Below, piece after piece: positions 40,144-50,108 of a DNA stretch of 64,000 nucleotides (its first letter is position 1; every line of letters begins with the position of its first letter). The stretch is from Minisyncoccota bacterium. GTDB taxonomy: Bacteria > Patescibacteriota > Minisyncoccia > UBA6257 > 1-14-0-10-44-23. Where the stretch lies: the NCBI GenBank assembly GCA_041389085.1, contig JAWKSL010000001.1, positions 34,921-98,920 of the forward strand, written 5' to 3'. The notes beneath the pieces were generated by a model. That model worked only from the letters and a program-made list of their open reading frames with translations, did no database searches and was not told the DNA's origin. A program made the position numbers and the translations under genes.

Positions 40144-41253
40144 TTAAGAAATGTACTTCTTGCGCCTGAGCGCGTCAATTCCTGGCATTTTTTTGCCAGC
40201 GAGAAATGCGAGCATCGCTCCGCCGCCAGTAGAAAGAAAGCTTACTGAGTTTTGCTTGTTCATTTCCTCTATCAGAGTGCCTGTTTCTCCCCCTCCTACA
40301 ACCGAATAAATTCCTTTTTTAGTAATTGCGCGCGCTATCATCTCTGAACCCTTGCGAAACTCTTGTTGCTCAAAGTAACCAACTGGGCCGTTCCACACTA
40401 CCGTTTGAGACTTGCGAATGATCTGTAAAAATTCTTGGCGCGCTTTTCTACCAAGGTCGTATATCTTCCCGTGCGGCCCAAACTCGAAGTCTACTGGCAA
40501 AACTATCTTTTTCTTTTTAAGCCACGGCTTTATGTGGTGCAGAAGGCTTTCATCTACAACTGACTGCCCAACATTTTGGCCCGCTGCGAAAAGGAAGGTG
40601 TTTGCGAGCACTCCTCCTACTAAAATTTTATTTACTTTTGGATAAAGCTTTTCAATTACTGCAAATTTATCTGCCGCCTTGCCTCCACCCAAAATAAGAG
40701 TGAATGGCTTCTTGGGGCTTTTCATTACCTTTGAAAGGTTTTCAACCTCCTCCATTAAAAGGAGCCCTGCATAGCTTGGAAGATAGTTTGTTATTGCCTC
40801 TACTGAGGCATGCGCTCTATGGCAGGATGCAAATGCATCGTTTACATACATGTCTGCGAGCCCTGCAAGCCTGTGGGCGAAGGTATGGTCGTTTTCCTCC
40901 TCGCCCCTGTTGAAGCGAAGGTTCTCAAGTAGAAATATTTTTCCGGGACGACCTCTTTTTATCGCTACTTCTAGCTCCGCAAAGTCCCACTCTGGCAGGA
41001 ACTGCACTGGTTTTTTAAGAAGCTTTCTGAGAGCTGAGGCTGTACTCTTTAGGCTCTCTTTCTCTACTCGTTTTCCGTGAGGCTTTCCTTTGTGGGAGGC
41101 TACGATAACTATCGCCCCCTTGCGGACGAGAAACTTTATTGTGTTAATGGCGCGGTGGACTTTGTATGAATCCTTTAGGTTTTCAGTATTTAAATCTGCC
41201 CGTAACAATACGCGCTTTCCTTTTAAGCTTTTTGCGTTCTCTACCGCCTTCAT
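40144..41253 (-). CDS. pgk: Phosphoglycerate kinase
   Basis: LLENLRF, VNDAF..CHRAHAS, VWNGPVG, STGGGA. Confidence 0.96.
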   Translation of the reverse strand: MKAVENAKSLKGKRVLLRADLNTENLKDSYKVHRAINTIKFLVRKGAIVIVASHKGKPHGKRVEKESLKSTASALRKLLKKPVQFLPEWDFAELEVAIKRGRPGKIFLLENLRFNRGEEENDHTFAHRLAGLADMYVNDAFASCHRAHASVEAITNYLPSYAGLLLMEEVENLSKVMKSPKKPFTLILGGGKAADKFAVIEKLYPKVNKILVGGVLANTFLFAAGQNVGQSVVDESLLHHIKPWLKKKKIVLPVDFEFGPHGKIYDLGRKARQEFLQIIRKSQTVVWNGPVGYFEQQEFRKGSEMIARAITKKGIYSVVGGGETGTLIEEMNKQNSVSFLSTGGGAMLAFLAGKKMPGIDALRRKKYIS

Positions 41254-41270
41254 ATTGTCTAATAATAACG

Positions 41271-41298
41271 CAAAAGCCCCAACGTGTGGGGCTTTTTG
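41271..41298 (-). terminator. Terminator after secY
   Basis: aaaagcccca-acgtg-tggggctttt. Confidence 0.7.
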
Positions 41299-41317
41299 TA
41301 TACACAGATTTTTCTTT

Positions 41318-42577
41318 TTAGTACTCGCGGATAGAAACTTGTGATTCTATTTGGCGGTATGTTTCGAGCGCCACTGAAACTACGATGAGCAATGCGGTAC
41401 CTCCGATCGAAAGTGTGTTGGTGTTGGTAAATGCTTGCGTAATGATTGGAAGCACTGCGATAAGACCAAGGAAGACTGCTCCAAAGAGGGTGATTTTTCC
41501 GGTAGTGCTCTTGAGATATCGCTCGGTTGGCTTTCCTGGGCGAATTCCAGGGATAAATCCTCCTGAGTGCTGAAGATTCTTTGAGAGCTCTTCAGGGTTG
41601 AAGGTGATAGCAGTGTAGAAGTAGGTAAACACAGCTACGAGTACGAAATAGGTCAGTCCATAGGCAAGATGGTTTGCGGTAAAGGCTGCAAGGATTCCTT
41701 GAAGTTTTACTGCGAAGCCACTTGAGAATGCGGTTAGGATTTGTGCAAGAAACTGTGGGAAGAGCAAGATAGAGATCGCAAAGATGATCGGAATAACTCC
41801 TGCTTGGTTCACCTTTAGTGGAAGATAGGTGCTGGCACCTCCATATACTTTGTTTCCGCGTACGCGCTTTGAGTATACTACTGGAATTTTGCGCTCTCCT
41901 TCCGTTACAAACACAACTCCAGCGATAATTGCTACTGCTACTGCAGCAAATACGAGGTAGCTAATAAGAAGGTCTTCGTTGTATGAGAAGAATGCTGTTT
42001 GAATGGCACTTGGAAGTTGCGCTACGATACCAGCGAAAATGATAAGGCTGATTCCGCTTCCAATCTTTTGCTCGCTCATAAGTTCTCCTATCCACATAAG
42101 CAGCACTGATCCAGCAGTTACAATGAGCACGTTTTGGAATATCTGCGCGCTACTAAATGGACCAATAAGGCCTTGGCTCTGGAAAAGATTCAAAAGTCCG
42201 TACCCCTGCAATGCTGCAAATGGAACAGTGAGCCAGCGGCTAATGCGGTTGAACTTCGCGCGACCAATAGCCCCCTGCTCGTAGTAGAGCTCTTTGAGGT
42301 TTGGGAAGATCATGGTCAGAAGCTGCATGACGATGGTGGCGGTAATGTATGGCCCTACACCAAGCATCATGATAGAAAGATTGTCGAGTCCTCCTCCTGC
42401 AAATAGGTTCAAGAAGCCAAAGAATTGGTTTCCTGCGAGGAAGTTTCGAAGCTGCTCTACGTTGATTCCTGGAATCGGGATAGCAGCAAATAGGCGGAAT
42501 ACTGCGAGCAGTCCGAGTATGATAAGTATCTTTTTGCGTGTCTCTGGGATCTTAAATGCTTGGAATAGTGTTTTCAT
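41318..42577 (-). CDS. secY: Preprotein translocase SecY
   Basis: LGVGPYITATI, GISLIIFAGI, GVIPIIFA, GGFIPGIRPG. Confidence 0.98.
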   Translation of the reverse strand: MKTLFQAFKIPETRKKILIILGLLAVFRLFAAIPIPGINVEQLRNFLAGNQFFGFLNLFAGGGLDNLSIMMLGVGPYITATIVMQLLTMIFPNLKELYYEQGAIGRAKFNRISRWLTVPFAALQGYGLLNLFQSQGLIGPFSSAQIFQNVLIVTAGSVLLMWIGELMSEQKIGSGISLIIFAGIVAQLPSAIQTAFFSYNEDLLISYLVFAAVAVAIIAGVVFVTEGERKIPVVYSKRVRGNKVYGGASTYLPLKVNQAGVIPIIFAISILLFPQFLAQILTAFSSGFAVKLQGILAAFTANHLAYGLTYFVLVAVFTYFYTAITFNPEELSKNLQHSGGFIPGIRPGKPTERYLKSTTGKITLFGAVFLGLIAVLPIITQAFTNTNTLSIGGTALLIVVSVALETYRQIESQVSIREY

Positions 42578-42612
42578 TTTCGTATAAGATACTGACTGTT
42601 ATCTGGAGCTAG

Positions 42613-43086
42613 CTACTCAGCTTTATCCTCTGACTTTTTCTTAGTCTTTGGAAGAGTTACGCTTCCTCCAGCCTTTTCAATCTTTTCCTTTGCCTTTGCT
42701 GAAACTTGAACGTTTTCTACGGTAATCTTTCGGCTTATTTCTCCCGTGTTGAGAATCTTTGCAGACTCCTTTCTCTTGAGAAGACCTTCCTTGCGAAGAG
42801 CTTCGTTGGTGATTTTGTCGATTGAAAGCTTTTCGAGGGTTGAAAGACTAATAGCGCGAGCTTTGAGCTTTTCTGAGTCTACAGTTCGAGCGCGGTTCTT
42901 TCCGTATCCACGGCGCTTTGGCAAACGTTGAACAAGGTCACGGATTGCTGGACGAATTCTGTGTCCTGCACGTGCTTTTTGTCCTTTTGTACCCTTACCT
43001 GCGGTAGTACCTCTCTTTCCTCCTCGTCCTACGCGTGGGCGCTTTGTTTGGTTTCCTTTTGGTCGCTTTAGATTGTGAGTTTGCAT
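42613..43086 (-). CDS. rplO: 50S ribosomal protein L15
   Basis: RVGRGGKRGTTAGKGTKGQKAR, KIEKAGG. Confidence 0.95.
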   Translation of the reverse strand: MQTHNLKRPKGNQTKRPRVGRGGKRGTTAGKGTKGQKARAGHRIRPAIRDLVQRLPKRRGYGKNRARTVDSEKLKARAISLSTLEKLSIDKITNEALRKEGLLKRKESAKILNTGEISRKITVENVQVSAKAKEKIEKAGGSVTLPKTKKKSEDKAE

Positions 43087-43094
43087 ATATTTCT

Positions 43095-43772
43095 TTACTT
43101 ACTTTCCTTTGCAACTTTTTTCTTTGGAGCAACCTTTTTCTCTACTACTGGCTTTGCTGCCTCTTTCTTCTTTGATTTTCGCGCAGGTTTAAGCTGCTTG
43201 AGTGCATCGATTGTTGCAAGTGCGTTGGTAACCTTGTTTGTAGTGCGTCCAAGGCACTTTGCTGTTGCATCGTTTACTCCTGCAAGGTGAAGTACTGTTC
43301 GTACCGCTCCTCCTGCTACGAGTCCGTTTCCTTCTTTTGCTGGCTTGATAAGTACGCGAGCTGCTGAGTACTTTGCGTCTACTTGATGTGGGATTGTTCC
43401 TTTGTTCATCTGCACGATGATAAGGTTTTTCTTTGCTTTGTTCTTTGCCTTCTGGATTGACTGCTGTACGTCTCCTCCCTTACCCATTCCAATTCCAACG
43501 CGGCCCTTCTTGTCTCCGATAACAAGGGTTGCTCGGAAGCGGAAGCGCTTTCCTCCAGCCATAACACGCACAACGCGGCGAAGGTCGATTACTTGCTCTT
43601 CAAATTCTGGCTTTTGGCGAACGAATGGCTTTCGGTCTTGTCCGCGACGTCCGCGGCGTTGACCTCTGCCTCCGTGGTTTCCACCGCGACCTCTTTGAGG
43701 GCCTCTCTTTTCAGCTGCTGGTGCTGCTGATTCTGGCTTTGCTTCTTTTTGTACTGCTTTTACTTCTGTCAT
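43095..43772 (-). CDS. rpsE: 30S ribosomal protein S5
   Basis: RVVRVMAGGKRFRF, VLIKPAKEGNGLVAGG. Confidence 0.96.
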   Translation of the reverse strand: MTEVKAVQKEAKPESAAPAAEKRGPQRGRGGNHGGRGQRRGRRGQDRKPFVRQKPEFEEQVIDLRRVVRVMAGGKRFRFRATLVIGDKKGRVGIGMGKGGDVQQSIQKAKNKAKKNLIIVQMNKGTIPHQVDAKYSAARVLIKPAKEGNGLVAGGAVRTVLHLAGVNDATAKCLGRTTNKVTNALATIDALKQLKPARKSKKKEAAKPVVEKKVAPKKKVAKESK

Positions 43773-43784
43773 GGGTTTGTTTGG

Positions 43785-44153
43785 CTAGATCTTAAGTCCT
43801 GCTTCTTTTACTCCATCAGCAAGCGCCTTGACCTTTCCGTGAAACGCGTACTGCCCTCTGTCGAATACGACTTCGGTTACTTTTTTCTCTGCTGCCTTTT
43901 GTGCGAGCTGCTTTCCTGCTTCAAATGCCTTTGCTATTCCTGCGCTCATACCTTCAGCTGCCTTTGCGGTGATTCCTTTAGTTGAGATTGATGCGAGAGT
44001 TGTTCCGGTTTTATCGTCGATGATTTGTGCGTAAATTTCTTTGTTAGAACGAAATACACTCATGCGTGGGCGGGTGCTCAAAGTACGTACTTTTGCTCGG
44101 GTACGGTTCTTTCGACGTGCTGCGGTTTGGTTTTTTTGCTTTGATCGATTCAT
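43785..44153 (-). CDS. rplR: 50S ribosomal protein L18
   Basis: RPRMSVFRSNK, VVFDRG.Y.FHGKV. Confidence 0.97.
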   Translation of the reverse strand: MNRSKQKNQTAARRKNRTRAKVRTLSTRPRMSVFRSNKEIYAQIIDDKTGTTLASISTKGITAKAAEGMSAGIAKAFEAGKQLAQKAAEKKVTEVVFDRGQYAFHGKVKALADGVKEAGLKI

Positions 44154-44164
44154 ATTTTTATATG

Positions 44165-44707
44165 CTATTCAGAGCCAACCTTCTTACCGGCCTTTCGTCT
44201 AATGTATTCGCCTTTGTATCGCACTCCCTTTCCTTTGTATGGTTCTGGTTTGCGGATCTTTCGAATTTCTGCTGCTACCTGTCCTACTGCTTGCTTGTCT
44301 ATACCTTTAATAACAATAGTGTTTTGGTCTGGAGCGGTAAGTTCTATTCCTTCTGGTGCTGGAAACTTTACTGGGTGTGAAAAGCCAAGGTTAAGGGTAA
44401 GCCCCTTTCCGTCTTGTGCTACTCGGTATCCAACTCCTTCTATTTCAAGAGTCTTTTCGTAACCGTTTGAAACTCCCTCAACTGCGTTTTCGGTAAGTGA
44501 TGCTACTGTTCCCCAGTTGCTTCGAGACTGCTTCCCTTCTCCTGCGAGTGCAAAAGTTACCTCCTTGTCAGCGATGTTTACTGAAACACCTCCTAGAAGG
44601 GTTACTTTCTGTTCTCCTTTCGGCCCTTTTACGAGGAGCTGGTTGTTTTCTTGGCTTACCTCTACTCCGTCTGGAAGACTAATTGGTTTTTTTCCTATCT
44701 TGCTCAT
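44165..44707 (-). CDS. rplF: 50S ribosomal protein L6
   Basis: MSKIGKKPI, PEPYKGKGVRY. Confidence 0.98.
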   Translation of the reverse strand: MSKIGKKPISLPDGVEVSQENNQLLVKGPKGEQKVTLLGGVSVNIADKEVTFALAGEGKQSRSNWGTVASLTENAVEGVSNGYEKTLEIEGVGYRVAQDGKGLTLNLGFSHPVKFPAPEGIELTAPDQNTIVIKGIDKQAVGQVAAEIRKIRKPEPYKGKGVRYKGEYIRRKAGKKVGSE

Positions 44708-44711
44708 ATGT

Positions 44712-45095
44712 TTACCAAATTTCGAATAACATTTGTCCTCCGACTTTTTCTTTTCGTGCTTGCTGTTCGTTCATGATTCCTTTTGAGGTTGAAACAACAG
44801 CCATTCCGTATCCTTGGCGTACTGACTTCATATCTTTGTATCCTACGTAAAGTCTGCGGCTTGGTTTGCTTACAAAGCGAACTCCTTGAATTGATCCGTT
44901 TCCGTTTTCGTCGTAGTTGAGTGCTACATCGATAACACGCTTTGGCATTCGCCCCTTCTTCTCTACTGCACCTACAAAGCCACGCTTTGAAAGAAGCTCG
45001 AGAATAGCGAGGTTCATGTTTGAAAATGGGAGTTTTACGCTCTCCTTTCCAGCTGCCTGTGCATTTCTAATTTGTGTAAGTATTTCTGTGTACAT
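44712..45095 (-). CDS. rpsH: 30S ribosomal protein S8
   Basis: LTQIRNA, SKPSRRLY, STSKGIM; start at the internal Met 45095. Confidence 0.95.
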   Translation of the reverse strand: MYTEILTQIRNAQAAGKESVKLPFSNMNLAILELLSKRGFVGAVEKKGRMPKRVIDVALNYDENGNGSIQGVRFVSKPSRRLYVGYKDMKSVRQGYGMAVVSTSKGIMNEQQARKEKVGGQMLFEIW

Positions 45096-45102
45096 AAACG
45101 TT

Positions 45103-45288
45103 TTACCAGCTTGCTTTCTTAACTCCTGGGATTTCTCCGCGTGATGCCATTTCTCTAAAGCAGATTCTGCAGATTCCAAAATCTCTCATGTATCCGTGGC
45201 GGCGTCCGCATGCGAAGCAGCGACGAATAACCCGAGTTGAGAACTTAGGCTTTCTGTTCGCTTTTGCTATCATTGATTTCTTTGCCAT
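45103..45288 (-). CDS. rpsN: 30S ribosomal protein S14 (Zn-binding, type Z)
   Basis: 61 aa, Cxx[14 protein letters not shown]. Confidence 0.97.
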   Translation of the reverse strand: MAKKSMIAKANRKPKFSTRVIRRCFACGRRHGYMRDFGICRICFREMASRGEIPGVKKASW

Positions 45289-45307
45289 ATGTTTCTTTTA
45301 AAATGAT

Positions 45308-45808
45308 TTATTTTGCGGTGCTTACTTCACGCTCAAGTGGAACACCAAGTTCTTTATAGAACTTAATAGCGTCCTCCTTGCTCATTGGTTTTTGAGGCAC
45401 GAGAGTAACTTGTAGACCGAAGGTGACCTTTGTCTCTTCGAGTATGATTTCTGGAAATACAGTGTGCTCTTTGATACCAAAGCTCAAGTTTCCGTCTGAG
45501 TCGATGTTGTTGATCTTTATTCCCTGGAAGTCGCGGATACGTGGGATAACGATGTTGGTAACACGGCTAAGGAAATCCATCATTCTCTTGTGGCGCAAGG
45601 TTGTGCGCATACCGATAACAACACCTTGGCGAAGCTTAAACCCGGCGATAGCCTTCTTTGAAGGTCGCTCTTGTGGCTTTTGTCCGGTGATCTTTGCAAG
45701 ATCGGCAGCAACTGCAGGCTTAAGAGTTTTTTCAAACTCTGAAAGCGTGCTCATTCTACCAAGCCCGGTGTTTACAACTATCTTTTTTAGTGGGTATTTG
45801 CTTATCAT
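45308..45808 (-). CDS. rplE: 50S ribosomal protein L5 (N-terminally short)
   Basis: KIVVNTGLG, ITGQKP, PRIRDF.G, IKEHTVFPEI. Confidence 0.95.
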   Translation of the reverse strand: MISKYPLKKIVVNTGLGRMSTLSEFEKTLKPAVAADLAKITGQKPQERPSKKAIAGFKLRQGVVIGMRTTLRHKRMMDFLSRVTNIVIPRIRDFQGIKINNIDSDGNLSFGIKEHTVFPEIILEETKVTFGLQVTLVPQKPMSKEDAIKFYKELGVPLEREVSTAK

Positions 45809-45813
45809 GGTGT

Positions 45814-46047
45814 TTATTTTCCTTGAACTTCAAGATTTGATGTGTGAATGGTTCGTGGAACACTTACGATCTCTCCTTTTTGCCCCTGCTTTGTTGGACG
45901 CTTGTGCTTCTTATACATGTTTACTCCTTCTATAAGAGCGCGGGTCTTGTCTTTGGTAACCTTAAGCACCTTGCCGGTTTTTCCTTTGTCCTTACCTGCA
46001 AGAACTTTTACTGTTACTCCTTTTTTCAATGCTTTCTTGAGTTTCAT
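45814..46047 (-). CDS. rplX: 50S ribosomal protein L24 (short)
   Basis: VLAGKDKGKTGKV, IEGVN..KKH; start at the internal Met 46047. Confidence 0.95.
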   Translation of the reverse strand: MKLKKALKKGVTVKVLAGKDKGKTGKVLKVTKDKTRALIEGVNMYKKHKRPTKQGQKGEIVSVPRTIHTSNLEVQGK

Positions 46048-46051
46048 ATTT

Positions 46052-46420
46052 TTATACGATTTCTTCTGCCATTGAAAAGACCTTTTCAAATCCTTTTGCT
46101 TTGATTTCGCGAGGAATTGGTCCGAAAACACGAGTTGATTTTGGCTCTTTCTTGTCGTCCACGATTACTACTGCGTTCTCGTCAAAACGAACTACTGATC
46201 CGTTTACTCTCTTAAGCGGGTTTCGAGTACGCACAACAACACACTTTACAATGTCCTTTTTCTTAACATTCTTGCGTGGCTCTGCTGTTTGCACTGATGC
46301 GATAACGATGTCGCCGATGCGAGCGTATCGCTTGCGGGTTCCACCAGGAAGGTGAAATACGCGCACTGTCTTTGCGCCACTGTTGTCTGCTACTTTTGCT
46401 ATTGATTGTGCTTGCAACAT
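46052..46420 (-). CDS. rplN: 50S ribosomal protein L14
   Basis: VADNSGAK, RFDENAVV, TRVFGP. Confidence 0.98.
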   Translation of the reverse strand: MLQAQSIAKVADNSGAKTVRVFHLPGGTRKRYARIGDIVIASVQTAEPRKNVKKKDIVKCVVVRTRNPLKRVNGSVVRFDENAVVIVDDKKEPKSTRVFGPIPREIKAKGFEKVFSMAEEIV

Positions 46421-46424
46421 ATGT

Positions 46425-46667
46425 TTATTTCTCCTCTCCTACCATTGAAATGATAGTAAAGTGCTTGTCTTTTGAGAGTGGACGAGTTTCTTCCATTACA
46501 ACCATGTCTCCGACCTTGTACTTGTTTTCTGGATTGTGCGCCTTAAAGCGTTTGGTCACCTTAAAGTGCTTAAGATACTTTGAGTGCTTCTTTAAACGAG
46601 CAACCTCAACAACCGCAGTGAGCTGCATTTTGTCTGAAACAACTTTTCCTTCTATTTTTCTTTTCAT
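46425..46667 (-). CDS. rpsQ: 30S ribosomal protein S17
   Basis: GKVVSDKM, ETRPLSKDK. Confidence 0.97.
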   Translation of the reverse strand: MKRKIEGKVVSDKMQLTAVVEVARLKKHSKYLKHFKVTKRFKAHNPENKYKVGDMVVMEETRPLSKDKHFTIISMVGEEK

Positions 46668-46697
46668 ATTATTGCGATTGCGAATTGCGAAATTCTA

Positions 46698-46925
46698 CTA
46701 TTTTTCTTCTTTTTTGGCAACCATCTCCTCTTTTCTCTTATGAGTGATAATTGTCTTTGTTTGCGCTATGTCTTGGCGGATAGCTCTTATCAAATGAGCA
46801 TTTTTCTCCTTGCCGTTGTGGATTGCTTCCATGGTTTTGTAGAGCTTATCTTTGAGAGCTGCTACATCCTTTTCAAGCGCTGCAAGTGACTTCCCTTTTA
46901 CTTTTTCGAGTTCTTTCTTTTTCAT
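46698..46925 (-). CDS. rpmC: 50S ribosomal protein L29
   Basis: Position between rplP and rpsQ; IRAIRQDIAQ.KT. Confidence 0.88.
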   Translation of the reverse strand: MKKKELEKVKGKSLAALEKDVAALKDKLYKTMEAIHNGKEKNAHLIRAIRQDIAQTKTIITHKRKEEMVAKKEEK

Positions 46926-46929
46926 AGGC

Positions 46930-47340
46930 CTACTTGCTTACGATCTTAGTTTTTACTGGAAGCTTGTGTCCTGCTCGGCGGAGCGCTTCTGTTCCTGTTT
47001 CGTTTGCAACTCCGCTGATTTCGAACATGATGCGACCTGGGCGTACTGGGAATACGTAGTGATCTACTGATCCCTTACCCTTACCCATTCCCACTTCTGG
47101 TGGCTTCTTTGTTACTGGCTTGTCTGGGAAGATGCGAATCCATACGCGTCCTTCACGCTTCATGTAGTTTGTCATTGCTCGACGAGCAGCTTCTATCTGG
47201 CGTGAGTTTATCCATGCGCTTGTAGTAGCCTTAATACCCACGCTTCCGTGAAGCAGTTCTGTTCCGCGTAGTTCAACGGTGCGCCCTTTACGGCGACCCT
47301 TGTTCCACTTTCTGTGTTTTACTTTCTTTGGTACTAGCAT
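46930..47340 (-). CDS. rplP: 50S ribosomal protein L16
   Basis: [24 protein letters not shown]. Confidence 0.98.
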   Translation of the reverse strand: MLVPKKVKHRKWNKGRRKGRTVELRGTELLHGSVGIKATTSAWINSRQIEAARRAMTNYMKREGRVWIRIFPDKPVTKKPPEVGMGKGKGSVDHYVFPVRPGRIMFEISGVANETGTEALRRAGHKLPVKTKIVSK

Positions 47341-47358
47341 GGTATTTTAATATCGAAT

Positions 47359-48072
47359 TTATTTTTCCTGTCTGCGATGGGTGGTAACTTTCTGTGTTTT
47401 TTCTTTATCGAATACAAGACCCTTATAAACCCATACTTTGATTCCGATACTTCCGTATGTGGTTTTTGCGGTTGCGTGTGCGTAGTCAATGTTTGCACGG
47501 AGTGTCTGGAGAGGGAGCTTTCCATCTGAAAGCACCTCTGCACGAGCGATTTCTGCTCCGTTAAGTCGTCCTGATACGCGGATCTTTACTCCTTCAACGT
47601 CGCGGTTTTGCATCGCGTTTTCGATAGACTTCTTCATCACGCGACGGAACGGCATACGGCGTTCGATGTCGAATGCTACTTGAAGCGCAATGTTTTGTGC
47701 TGAAATTTCGTTGCGCTTGAGCTCCTCAACGTTGAGTGAGAGGTTTACTCTTGGCGCTTGGTTTCCTTGGCGGCGAAGGAGACTTTCAAGCTTTCCTTTT
47801 AGAAGCTTGCTGAGCTCTTCGATTCCTTGCCCTCCGCGACCGATTATGAGTCCTGGACGAGCTGCCTTTACGATTACTCGGTAGGCGTCGTTTCCAGTGC
47901 GCTCAATTTCGGTGCTGATAATTCCTGCGTTTGCGATTTTTTCTTGGATGGTACGGCGAATAACCAAGTCTTGCTCAAGGCGGTGTGGATATTTTGACTT
48001 TCCAAACCATCGGCTCTTCCAGTCCTTGATGATTCCTAGTCTTAGTACGTCAGGTCGAATTTTCTGTCCCAT
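47359..48072 (-). CDS. rpsC: 30S ribosomal protein S3
   Basis: MGQKIRP, RPGLIIGRGG, SGRLNGAEIAR. Confidence 0.98.
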   Translation of the reverse strand: MGQKIRPDVLRLGIIKDWKSRWFGKSKYPHRLEQDLVIRRTIQEKIANAGIISTEIERTGNDAYRVIVKAARPGLIIGRGGQGIEELSKLLKGKLESLLRRQGNQAPRVNLSLNVEELKRNEISAQNIALQVAFDIERRMPFRRVMKKSIENAMQNRDVEGVKIRVSGRLNGAEIARAEVLSDGKLPLQTLRANIDYAHATAKTTYGSIGIKVWVYKGLVFDKEKTQKVTTHRRQEK

Positions 48073-48086
48073 AGTATTGTTTTATT

Positions 48087-48626
48087 TTAGATGGACTTAC
48101 GGCGGAACATTTTGTTTACTACTCCACCACTTTTCTTCTGACCTTTTGCTTTTGTTTCAGTTGTTTTCTTTTCAGCTTTTTTCTTTGACTCTTCTGCCTT
48201 TTCTGCTTTTGCTGGCTTTGCTGCTTTCTTTTCAGTCTTTGCTTTCTTTTCCTTTGCCACCATCGTGAAGCGAGCTGGCTTTACTGAGTCGCTTTCTTCA
48301 AGAGTAAGGGTGATGTGGCTCATTCTCTTCAAAATTGGAGTTGCGTTTCCTTGCGCACGTGGAAGGAAGCGCTTGAGTGAAGGACCTCCATCTACTGTTA
48401 CGCTCTTTACTACGAGGCGTGACACGTCGATGTCGGTGTTGTTTTTTGCGTTTGCTACGGTTGACTTAAGAAGCTCAAGTATTTGAGGAGCGCTTCTTTG
48501 GCTTCGCTGCATAAGCTGGCTTTGTGCTTGCCACACAGGAAGTCCTTTGAGTGACTTAGCTACAAGACGCACCTTGCGAGGAGCGATTCGTACATATCTT
48601 AGTTTTCCTACTTGTTGCTTCTTCAT
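48087..48626 (-). CDS. rplV: 50S ribosomal protein L22 with Lys-rich C-terminal extension
   Basis: RIAPRKVRLV, LKRFLPRAQG. Confidence 0.96.
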   Translation of the reverse strand: MKKQQVGKLRYVRIAPRKVRLVAKSLKGLPVWQAQSQLMQRSQRSAPQILELLKSTVANAKNNTDIDVSRLVVKSVTVDGGPSLKRFLPRAQGNATPILKRMSHITLTLEESDSVKPARFTMVAKEKKAKTEKKAAKPAKAEKAEESKKKAEKKTTETKAKGQKKSGGVVNKMFRRKSI

Positions 48627-48636
48627 ATGTCTTTAA

Positions 48637-48951
48637 CTATTTCTTTGCTGCTGGTGCTGCTGGTTGAGCTGCTGCTGCTTCAAGCTGCTTTTGCATCTTT
48701 CCTCCGTGCTTAGTGAACTTACGGGTAGGAGAAAACTCTCCAAGACGGTGACCAACCATCTCTTCTTTTACGAGCACTTCGATAAATGACTTTCCGTTGT
48801 GTACACCAAAGGTGTATCCGATCATTTCAGGTGAAATTTGGCTTGAGCGTGCCCAGGTTTTGATAACCTTTCTGTCTCCAGGCTTAATATCCGCTATCTT
48901 CTTGAGAAGCTTTGGGTCAACGTATGGTCCTTTTTTAATTGATCGTGACAT
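48637..48951 (-). CDS. rpsS: 30S ribosomal protein S19
   Basis: [22 protein letters not shown]. Confidence 0.98.
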   Translation of the reverse strand: MSRSIKKGPYVDPKLLKKIADIKPGDRKVIKTWARSSQISPEMIGYTFGVHNGKSFIEVLVKEEMVGHRLGEFSPTRKFTKHGGKMQKQLEAAAAQPAAPAAKK

Positions 48952-48966
48952 AGTTTTCTAATTAAA

Positions 48967-49812
48967 TTATTTACCTCCGTTTCTCTTTACTGGGCGACGC
49001 TTAAGAATAAGCTTGTTTGACCACTTCTTCCGTCCACGAGTTTTGCGACCACCAGTAACGTTTCCCCAAACGTCCTTTGGACGCTTTGTTCCACGTGGCT
49101 GTACTTGCTCTCCTCCTCCGTATGGGTGGTCTACTGGGTTCATAGCGGTACCACGAACGGTAGGGCGAATTCCGCGCCATCGGCTACGTCCTGCCTTTCC
49201 AAGGCTGATAAGGTTGTAGTCTGGGTTTGAAACTTGTCCGATGCTTGCAAAGCAGTTTTCGCTTACGCGACGAACTTCTTTTGAAGGCATGCGAAGGTCG
49301 GTAAATCCGTTTGATGTTCCAAGAACTTCAAGGTAGCTTCCTGCGCTGCGTGCAAGCTTTCCTCCGCTCTTTTCACGAATTTCTACGTTGTATACAAATT
49401 GTCCGATTGGAATGTTCTTAAGCTGAAGGCGGTTTCCTGTTTTAAGCTCAGCTTTTGCTGAAGTTACAATAGAGTCTCCTACGTTAAGTTTTTGAGGAGC
49501 GAGAATGTAGCGGCGCTCTCCGTCTTTATAAACTACCTGTGCGATAAATGCGCTGCGGTATGGGTCGTACTCGATTGACTCGATCTTTGCTGGAATATCA
49601 AGCTTGTCTTGCTTGAAGTCGATCATACGATAAAGCTTTTTGTGACCAGCTCCTTGGTGGCGCATAGTGATGCGTCCTTGGTTGTTGCGACCAGCGTGCT
49701 GCTTTATTTTCTTGGTAAGCTTCTTGTTTGGTTTTGTGCGTGTCAAAACCTTGCTGTACTCAATGTCAGTTCGCTGTCTAACTCCTGGGCTTGTTGGTCT
49801 AAACTTTTTCAT
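48967..49812 (-). CDS. rplB: 50S ribosomal protein L2
   Basis: GRNNQGRIT, IEYDPYRSA, MNPVDHPYGGG. Confidence 0.98.
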   Translation of the reverse strand: MKKFRPTSPGVRQRTDIEYSKVLTRTKPNKKLTKKIKQHAGRNNQGRITMRHQGAGHKKLYRMIDFKQDKLDIPAKIESIEYDPYRSAFIAQVVYKDGERRYILAPQKLNVGDSIVTSAKAELKTGNRLQLKNIPIGQFVYNVEIREKSGGKLARSAGSYLEVLGTSNGFTDLRMPSKEVRRVSENCFASIGQVSNPDYNLISLGKAGRSRWRGIRPTVRGTAMNPVDHPYGGGEQVQPRGTKRPKDVWGNVTGGRKTRGRKKWSNKLILKRRPVKRNGGK

Positions 49813-49816
49813 TGTT

Positions 49817-50104
49817 TTATTGGCTTACCGTTGGCAATACATCAAGGGTTTGACCTTTCTTAAGCTGCACGATCGCCTTCTTGTATCCTGGCTTTTCTGA
49901 AATGTTTCGTCCAAGGCGGCGCTTCTTTGGCTTGGTGTTGATTATCTTTACACCAGTTACGGTTACTTTGTGTTCAGTCTGAATAAGCTTCTTTATCTCT
50001 GACTTGGTTGCTTTTTTGTCTACCAAAAACATGTACTGTCCGATTGCTCCAAGGTCAGTAGACTTTTCTGAAATGATTGGGTTTTTGATAAGAAACTTGT
50101 TCAT
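49817..50104 (-). CDS. rplW: 50S ribosomal protein L23
   Basis: PIISEKS, YKKAIV.L. Confidence 0.96.
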   Translation of the reverse strand: MNKFLIKNPIISEKSTDLGAIGQYMFLVDKKATKSEIKKLIQTEHKVTVTGVKIINTKPKKRRLGRNISEKPGYKKAIVQLKKGQTLDVLPTVSQ

Positions 50105-50108
50105 AAAA